Shown here piece after piece: positions 56,215 to 64,000 of a stretch of DNA of 64,000 nucleotides. The notes beneath the pieces are model-generated. The model saw only the letters and a program-made list of their open reading frames with translations, did not search any database and was not told the DNA's origin. The DNA is from Eledone cirrhosa (taxonomy: Eukaryota), in contig OZ024741.1 of NCBI GenBank assembly GCA_964016885.1, forward strand, positions 18,662,001 through 18,726,000, written 5' to 3'. Made by a program: the position numbers and the translations under genes. Position 1 is the stretch's first letter, and each line of letters opens with the position of its first letter.

Positions 56215-56700
56215 ATAATTTTGGCACAAGGCCAGCAGTTTTAAGGGGGAAAGGTTAATTATATCGCCCCCAGCACTACTTGTTAAGTTGAAGTTAAAGT
56301 ATGTCTCGAGCTCGGGGGGGGGGGGCGGTTATCACATCTCTGTGCTTATCTAGGTTTCAGTGGGGCGAAGTCACTGAGGGTACAAGAGTTCTCCTGGACA
56401 GAACGTCAATCCACCGCAGGGTTAAACCTCCAGCTATTACTAGTACTCATTTTCAGCTGAGTATACTGGAGCAACGTGAAATGAAGTGTTTTTCTCAAAA
56501 GCACAACACAACCCAGTTCAGGAATCGAACCCATGACATTATGTTCATTAATCCAACACCCTTACCACAAGGCCACGCGTTTCCATCACTACTTCACTGG
56601 TACTTCATTTAATCAAACCCGGTTGGATGAAAGATGAATTCGATCTCGGTGGGGCTTGAACACAGAACGTAAAGAGCCGAAACAAATACTGCTAAGGTCT
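56215..56700 (-). mobile_element. Octopus-type SINE split by a nested insertion
   Basis: Tail GGCACAAGGCCAGCA at 56223-56237; the core resumes at 56595 (CACTGGTAC...GGATGAAAG...TTGAACACAGAACGTAAAGAGCCG). Confidence 0.75.
56282..56586 (-). mobile_element. Second tRNA-derived SINE family, nested, with an 8-bp TSD
   Basis: Minus strand has GTGGCCTTGTGGTAAGG (A box), GGGTTCGATTCC (B box) and GTGTTGTGCTTTTGAGAAAAACACTT. CACTACTT occurs at 56274-56281 and 56587-56594. Confidence 0.75.
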
Positions 56701-57674
56701 GTTTTAACAACTCCAAACCACGCTATGTTAATTATTATGTTATGTATGTCATGAATATCACTGCTAATTCACTCCTTTATTTCCTCTTTCAATTCACTCC
56801 TTTATTTTACTGATTTCTCTTGTGGCAACCTGGTGTGTTCATCTACCTGCCCAAATATCGGCCGATCTCTGAAAGGCTTATGGTAGAGCCTGTTGCAGTA
56901 AAGATTCCGACGTTCTTGGTCCCCGGACCACACCCTTACACACTGCTATCGAAGTGGAGTTGACTCACCCGCAAGTACGAACCCCACGAGGTAGATTGGC
57001 TGTTCCAGCGCCCCTACCGCTCCGTCCTAATATATTCCCATCCTGTCGACCGCCGGAACTCAGAGGTGGAGGATACGAGAGAGAGAGAGAGAGAGTGTGT
57101 GCGTGTAAAAGAGAACTCCCCATTGATTCAGTACCAGACTGAAATGAAATAAATTGCGAGTTCGATGGGAATTTAATTTGTAAAGACGAGAGAGATTAAA
57201 TGCAAGGTTGACCTCGGCGGGATTGGAACTATAAATACCGACACATCTATACTACAATAAAGACTGGGGATTTTGTGAGGGGTGATGGTGGAGGAAAGGA
57301 TAGTCTATTGGTAAGGGGTGAAGAGAGGGAAGGAAGAATCTCTTGAATCGACCATAGTATATTGTTAGTACTAAGTTTATAGAAAATAAAGGTAAGCAAT
57401 AGTTTACGTTGGTGAAGCACGGAGCTAAATATCTCTTGAGTATTGATTAGAAGGTGGAAGGAAATTAAGAATGTGTTGAAATATTCATGCCTTTATCTAA
57501 GGTATTCCATCCATGGGCTCTTAACTGCAGAAGGAATCGTAAAAGGCGTATCCCATCCCTCTCCTGTCCTGATACGAAGGCAGCTGAATTGGAGAGAGAG
57601 AAAGTAGTGATCGGTAGAGATAGAGAACTAGAAAGAAATATAACGAAAGAAAGGGAGAGAGAAATAGAGAGAAT

Positions 57675-57785
57675 CAAATCCAGTGGTACTTTGACATAAG
57701 GACGTCTTTGCCAAGATTTGAACTCATAGTCGGAACGAATACCACAAATTCTCTTCAACCTTCTAATGACTGCATATCACTGCTT
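57675..57785 (-). mobile_element. Highly degraded SINE fragment
   Basis: GGTACTTT...GATTTGAACTCA...GAATACCACAAA...TTCTAATGACTGC is colinear with better copies. Confidence 0.5.
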
Positions 57786-58061
57786 TATTCCTAGAGAAAT
57801 AATATTACAAGAGGGAAGAGTGGACAGGTATGGCTCAATTACAGAATAAAAAGACCAAGACATGAGAATATTCTAAGATGATAAATGCATGCTCCCGTAA
57901 CACCTGATAGAGTTGTAGGGATACCTTATTGAAAGCGTTTCTGGGGCATTTTTCAAACTTAATGGAGCTCATCTCATCTCTAGATCTAAAACAGAAGATT
58001 TCTCCTCGGGAAAAATGGAGGGTGAGAAAACGGAAGTGAAGAGAGATATAGAGGCAAAGTC

Positions 58062-58210
58062 TACCCAAGTACTAGACTGGTACTTTTTTATCGACCTCGA
58101 AGGGATAAAAGGTGAAGTTGATATCGGTGGGATTTGAACTGAGTGAACGAAGAGCCAGGAAGAATACCGCAAGACATATTCGACGTTCTCACGACTGCCA
58201 ATTCGCCGCC
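58062..58210 (-). mobile_element. tRNA-derived SINE with an intact 5' end
   Basis: Minus strand starts GGCGGCGAATTGGCAGTCGTGAGAACGTC, followed by B box AGTTCAAATCCC and core GTCGATAAAAAAGTACCAGT. Confidence 0.82.
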
Positions 58211-58713
58211 TCTGTTGATGAAACAGTGAAAACAGTTACAGAATCTATTACAATTTTAGCTCGAAAACAAAACAAAGTGGCAGAAAAAAATAGTATTTCA
58301 TTGAAATATAAATATGGGACCGACTTAAGAAGCATTGGAAAAATCTTAAATAGAGATGTTCCAACACAGGCAACTATAATCAAGGTTGTATTTAAACCTA
58401 GAGAGGCGCGGAACACTTCAGGTGTCACACACAACATGTATACAGTAACAATTTATATTATGACTAGTTAACCAACCATTTACGTCGCGTTTTTCTTGTG
58501 GAAACTATTCAATAGTAAACTCACCGCCACCCCACTGCCCTGTTTAGAGTTTACATCTCTACCATATTACATAAAGTATCCAACGAAGGGAACATGTTTA
58601 TCCTTATCTGTCCTAAACTAAATATTTGATTTGGAGATTCAATGGCCGAGGGTACACTATCCTACATATACAATACGTACTGTGGAATTTTAGAATTAAA
58701 TGTTTATATATGC

Positions 58714-58874
58714 AGGAGACCATGGGTAGAAGCCAAGCAAGATGGTTGGCTAGTCACGATTTGGGATCCAGCCAGATCAATTGGAGACGGTTGCTTCTGA
58801 CAGGATCCGCTGGAAGGAGTGTCTGAGGACTCTACCCCTACGACCTTCTCAGGAATAAGTGGACGAAGAAGAGA
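58714..58874 (+). mobile_element. 3' end of an RTE-clade (Expander/Rex3-like) LINE
   Basis: Frameshifted translation GRSQARW...LGIQPDQLETVASDRIRWKECLRTLPLRPSQE* (TAA at 58856-58858) resembles RTE C-termini. A short GAA-rich tail follows. Confidence 0.65.
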
Positions 58875-59351
58875 TTTTTTTACGTTGCATTCCGCATGGC
58901 CCCGTTACTCCTGAGAGAGTAGTATTGATATACTGCTTTTCTAGAGCAGTTTAAACCCGACAGAGGCCGTGTGCGTGTAAGAGAGAGCCTGTTCAATAAA
59001 GACTAACCCGAGTGTTAAACAGTTCCAATTCACAAATACAGCTCGATCCCGGCAACAGATATCCACTAAATCCAATTGCTTTAGCCCATCACAGTATCGG
59101 TCATACTGGAGCACTCATTGGGAATTTGCTGAATAGTTCTTTAGGTAAACTCCATTAAGCCCATATACGAAGGCCAATGATACAAGGCAGTGTGACGTCC
59201 ATTTGCCCCCCCCCCCCCCCCTCTCTATAGGAGAGCTATTTATCTCACATTTCAGGGATGACAACTCCCCCCTCCCCTCTGCCATGCATTATTTTATGTT
59301 GTGTAAAGAAATGAGACTAGCAACTCCAATAGCCATTTATATACATTTGCC

Positions 59352-59357
59352 TTTATT
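59352..59357 (-). promoter_or_regulatory. Candidate polyadenylation signal of the Thr-rich gene
   Basis: AATAAA on the minus strand about 510 nt after the stop, in U-rich context. The hexamer is common by chance in AT-rich DNA. Confidence 0.35.
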
Positions 59358-59471
59358 TTTCATTAACCAATTTTCCAATAAAACAATGTTATTTAAATTT
59401 TAAAACAAAAACAAAATTCAAAATAAATTACAAAAACTATTACAATCGTAATCTAAGGAACAAAAGTTACT

Positions 59472-59532
59472 GATTAACATCGTCCCAGTATTTTACTGGT
59501 ACATTCTTTCATCGACTGTCGGATGAAAGTAA
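59472..59532 (-). mobile_element. SINE core fragment
   Basis: CCCAGTATTTTACTGGTAC...ATCGAC...GGATGAAAG. Confidence 0.55.
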
Positions 59533-59867
59533 GAATGCAAATCTGTCATTTTTGTTAGCCGCTTTACACCGACGTTAACAACCAGAACAAGATCAACAAA
59601 ACGTTTCAATTGCATGAACATCAGATATCAAAATGCAGCTATGGTATTTTCTTTAAGTTAATGAAAGTAAGTGAAAGCAGTAAAGAAACGTTTGTCTTCT
59701 GTACGACATGTTAGACTAAACGTTTCATGGGGAAGAAGGAAAAAATATGGGTTCCAAATTAGAGAATTTTTTTAACACTAATGTTAAAAAGTTTAACAAT
59801 TTCAATCACAGCATCTAACTCGTGTCCGTGTGTTCCTGTGTTTTACTGCCATGTTACAGTCCTCTGC

Positions 59868-60567
59868 TTATGATTGGGAAGGGCGAGAATTTTCTGGTGA
59901 AAAATAATCTTGGTTTTCACCATCAGAACTCGGAGCCGAGTCGGAAGCTTCGTCCATTGATACGAAAGTTTGGTTCGAGTCGGAACTTTGAGAGCGACTG
60001 CGAGTGGCTCTCCCTGACGCATCTTGGCCATTTAGAGAGGAGGACGTCTTTAAATCTGGTTCATTTGTCATCGATATAGCTGAGGGGGCGTTTGTAGTCG
60101 GATATGCCATAGCAGATGTTAAGTTGAGTGACTTAGTTGGTGACACAATTGGTGCTTCTGCTGCAACACCAACTATCTCGGGTGACATAACGATTACCCT
60201 GTCACTGTTAACAGACCCATTAGTAATAGTAGTAGCATTAGTTGGTGACACAATTGGTGCTTCTGAGACACCAACTTTCTCTGGTGACATTACAATTATC
60301 CGGTCGCTGTTAACAGACCCATTAGTAGTATTATTATTATTATTATAACTAGTATTAGTAGTATTAGTCTGTGGTACTAAGGGTGCTTCCGTTGTAGTAC
60401 AAACTTTCTTTGGTGATTTGGTTATTATTTTATAGACGTTTTTATTTGATTTACCTTCATTATCAGTTTTTGTTTCAGTTTCGTTCTCATAACCGTCGAG
60501 GTCAGGAATAAAGGTAGCCGTTCTTGATACAGTCGTGCCAGCTGTAATAACAGATTCATTGCTACTA

Positions 60568-60598
<31 letters not shown>

Positions 60599-63500
60599 CG
60601 CGCTTGCTACTACATTTACCAGAATTGGTAATATTCAAAATATCTTTATCACGTTTACACATCATTTCTAGTGTTTCTTTAGCTCTACAAATAGTTGCAT
60701 AAGTAATTCGAGTCTTTGATGTAGTAGATGTTTTAGAATCTGCTCCAGCTGTAGCAGCTTCAAAATCTGATCCAGTGGTTTTAGAATCTAGTGTTAGAGC
60801 AGGTTTAAAGTCTTCTCCAGTGGTTTTAAGATGTTCTTCCGACATACCAGTTTCGGGATCTCTTCCAACAGTTGTGTATATAATAATATTGGCAGTAGCA
60901 ACGGTGTCTGCTGTAGTATCGGTGATAGTAGCAACAGTGTCTGCTGTAGTATCGGTGATAGTAGCAACGGTGTCTGCTGTAGTATCGGTGATAGTAGCAA
61001 CGGTGTCTGCTGTAGTATCGGTGATAGTAGCAACGGTGTCTGCTGTAGTATCGGTGATAGTAGCAACGGTGTCTGCTGTAGTATCGGTGATAGTAGCAAC
61101 GGTGTCTGCTGTAGTATCGGTGATAGTAGCAACGGTGTCTGCTGTAGTATCGGTGATAGTAGCAACGGTGTCTGCTGTAGTATCGGTGATAGTAGCAACG
61201 GTGTCTGCTGTAGTATCGGTGATAGTAGCAACGGTGTCTGCTGTAGTATCGGTGATAGTAGCAACGGTGTCTGCTGTAGTATCGGTGATAGTAGCAACGG
61301 TGTCTGCTGTAGTATCGGTGATAGTAGCAACGGTGTCTGCTGTAGTATCGGTGATAGTAGCAACGGTGTCTGCTGTAGTATCGGTGATAGTAGCAACGGT
61401 GTCTGCTGTAGTGTCGGTGATAGTAGCAGCAACGGTGTCTGTTGTAGTATCGGTGGTAGCTGCAACGGTGTCTGCTGTAGTATCGGTGGTAGCTGCAACG
61501 GTGTCTGCTGTAGTATCGGTGGTAGCTGCAACGGTGTCTGCTGTAGTATCGGTGGTAGCTGCAACGGTGTCTGCTGTAGTATCGGTGGTAGCTGCAACGG
61601 TGTCTGCTGTAGTATCGGTGGTAGCTGCAACGGTGTCTGCTGTAGTATCGGTGGTAGCAGCAACGGTGTCTGCTGTAGTATCGGTGGTAGCAGCAACGGT
61701 GTCTGCTGTAGTATCGGTGGTAGCAGCAACGGTGTCTGCTGTAGTATCGGTGGTAGCTGCAACGGTGTCTGCTGTAGTATCGGTGGTAGCTGCAACGGTG
61801 TTTGCTGTAGTATCGGTGGTAGCAGCAACGGTGTCTGCTGTAGTATCGGTGATAGTAGCAACGGTGTCTGCTGTAGTATCGGTGGTAGCAGCAACGGTGT
61901 CTGCTGTAGTATCGGTGATAGTAGCAACGGTGTCTGCTGTAGTATCGGTGATAGTAGCAACGGTGTCTGCTGTAGTATCGGTGATAGTAGCAACGGTGTC
62001 TGCTGTAGTATCGGTGATAGTAGCAACGGTGTCTGCTGTAGTATCGGTGATAGTAGCAACGGTGTCTGCTGTAGTATCGGTGATAGTAGCAACAGTGTCT
62101 GCTGTAGTATCGGTGATAGTAGCAACGGTGTCTGCTGTAGTATCGGTGATAGTAGCAACGGTGTCTGCTGTAGTATCGGTGATAGTAGCAACGGTGTCTG
62201 CTGTAGTATCGGTGATAGTAGCAACGGTGTCTGCTGTAGTATCGGTGATAGTAGCAACGGTGTCTGCTGTAGTATCGGTGATAGTAGCAACAGTGTCTGC
62301 TGTAGTATCGGTGATAGTAGCAACAGTGTCTGCTGTAGTATCGGTGATAGTAGCAACAGTGTCTGCTGTAGTATCGGTGATAGTAGCAACAGTGTCTGCT
62401 GTAGTATCGGTGATAGTAGCAACAGTGTCTGCTGTAGTATCGGTGATAGTAGCAACAGTGTCTGCTGTAGTATCGGTGATAGTAGCAACAGTGTCTGCTG
62501 TAGTATCGGTGATAGTAGCAACAGTGTCTGCTGTAGTATCGGTAGTAGTAGCAACAGTGACTGCTGTAGTATCGGTAGTAGTAGCAACAGTGTCTGCTGT
62601 AGTATCGGTAGTAGTAGCAACAGTGTCTGCTGTAGTATCGGTAGTAGTAGCAACAGTGTCTGCTGTAGTATCGGTAGTAGTAGCAACAGTGTCTGCTGTA
62701 GTATCGGTAGTAGTAGCAACAGTGTCTGCTGTAGTATCGGTAGTAGTAGCAACAGTGTCTGCTGTAGTATCGGTAGTAGTAGCAACAGTGTCTGCTGTAG
62801 TATCGGTAGTAGTAGCAACAGTGTCTGCTGTAGTATCGGTAGTAGTAGCAACAGTGTCTGCTGTAGTATCGGTAGTAGTAGCAACAGTGTCTGCTGTAGT
62901 ATCGGTAGTAGTAGCAACAGTGTCTGCTGTAGTATCGGTGGTAGTAGCAACAGTGTCTGCTGTAGTATCGGTGGTAGTAGCAACAGTGTCTGCTGTAGTA
63001 TCGGTAGTAGTAGCAACAGTGTCTGCTGTAGTATCGGTGGTAGTAGCAACAGTGTCTGCTGTAGTATCGGTGGTAGCAGCAACGGTGTCTGCTGTAGTAT
63101 CGGTGGTAATAGCAACAGTGTCTGCTGTAGTATCGGTGGTAGTAGTAACAGTGTCTGCTGTAGTATCGGTGGTAGTAGCAACAGTGTCTGCTGTAGTGGC
63201 GGTGGTAATACTGACAACAGTGTCTGCTGTAGTGGCGGTGGTAGTAGCAACAGTGTCTGCTGTAGTGGCGGTGGTAGTAGCAACAGTGTCTGCTGTAGTG
63301 GCGGTGGTAGTAGCAACAGTGTCTGCTGTAGTGGCGGTGGTAGTAGCAGCAGTGTCTGCTGTAGTGGCGGTGGTAGTACTGACAATAGTGTCCGCTTCAG
63401 TGGCGGTGGTAGTACTGACAATAGTGTCCGTTGTAGTAGCAGTTATAGTACTGACAGCAGTATCTGTTGTAGTATCAGTGGTAGTAGTGGTAGCAATGTC

Positions 63501-63998
63501 TGCTGTAGTAGTGATATCAGCAAGGTCTGCTGTAGTATCAGTGGTAGTAGCAGGGTCTTCTGTAGTGGTGGTAGTGACAGCTGGGTCTGCTGCAGTAGTG
63601 GTAGTTTGGGCTGATGTAGTGGTAGTACTCACAGCAAGGTCTTCTGTAGTGATTGTAGTTTGGGGTGATGTAGTTGTGGTAGAACTCAGAGCAGCGTCTG
63701 CTGTAGTGGTGCTAGTAGTTTGGGCTGATGTAGTAGTGGTAGTACTTACAGCAGGCTCTGCTGTAGTGGTGGTAGTAGTTTGGGCTGATGTAGTAGTGGT
63801 AGTACTCACAGCAGGGCCTGCTGTAGTGGTGGTGGTAGTAGTTTGGGCTGATGTAGTAGTGGTAGTACTCACAGAAGGCTCAACTGCAGTGGTGGTGGTC
63901 GTAGTTTGGGATGGTGTAATAGTGGTAGTACTCACAGCAGGGTCTGCAGTAGTGGTGGTTGTAGCGAGTCCAGCAACAGAAATATTGGACTGTTCAGC
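59868..63998 (-). CDS. Large probable terminal exon of a Thr/Asp/Ala-rich mucin-like tandem-repeat protein; 5' end lies outside the window
   Basis: The frame is open from the window edge (AEQSNISVAGLATTT...) to TAA at 59868-59870. It includes about 340 non-array C-terminal codons without stops in AT-rich DNA, and the repeat-length variants preserve the frame. The GTG at 63935 is probably not the real start. Confidence 0.8.
60895..63440 (-). repeat. Coding 33-bp minisatellite (about 77 copies; DTTADTVAT(I/T)T)
   Basis: GTAGCAAC(G/A)GTGTCTGCTGTAGTATCGGT(G/A)(A/G)TA tandem on the + strand. Confidence 0.97.
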
Positions 63999-64000
63999 TA

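Noticed and set aside
58820-58870. Hammerhead-like CTGAGGA...CGAA
   Set aside because: No GAAA core or stem II pairing; better explained as the RTE C-terminal coding end.
55818-59403. Short 60-120-aa ORFs
   Set aside because: They overlap TE debris or low-complexity DNA and show no recognisable domains.
60794-63614. Overlapping Cys-rich (+) 927-aa and Leu/Gln-rich (-) 875-aa ORFs
   Set aside because: Shadow frames of the 33-bp repeat. They close soon after leaving the repeat, whereas the Thr frame stays open on both sides.

Overview
Repeat-dominated eukaryotic DNA, most likely an octopus/cephalopod genome (inferred from the SINE family and long TA/TACA microsatellites). 1-41454 is a 27/29-bp satellite of about 1,500 monomers, open at the left edge and built from nested kb-scale duplications. 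Its monomer is the A-box-bearing 5' head of a tRNA-derived SINE, and the array ends at a SINE 5' terminus. Next come a GT-rich minisatellite, RTE-like 5'-UTR remnants flanking a 2.8-kb (TA)n-type tract, and a disrupted but apparently full-length R4/Dong-like RLE non-LTR retrotransposon within (TACA)n (45.9-49.7 kb). A SINE cluster at 50.1-55.0 kb holds a tRNA-Ser pseudogene, two head-to-head SINEs whose heads are amplified into 45-bp minisatellites, and a head-to-tail SINE tandem. After further TE debris lies the 3' part of a minus-strand gene for a Thr/Asp-rich, 11-residue-repeat mucin-like protein (59868 to the window end). The main signal is recurrent conversion of SINE Pol III heads into tandem repeats, visible at several stages within one locus. 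All family assignments are from motif recognition, with no database search.
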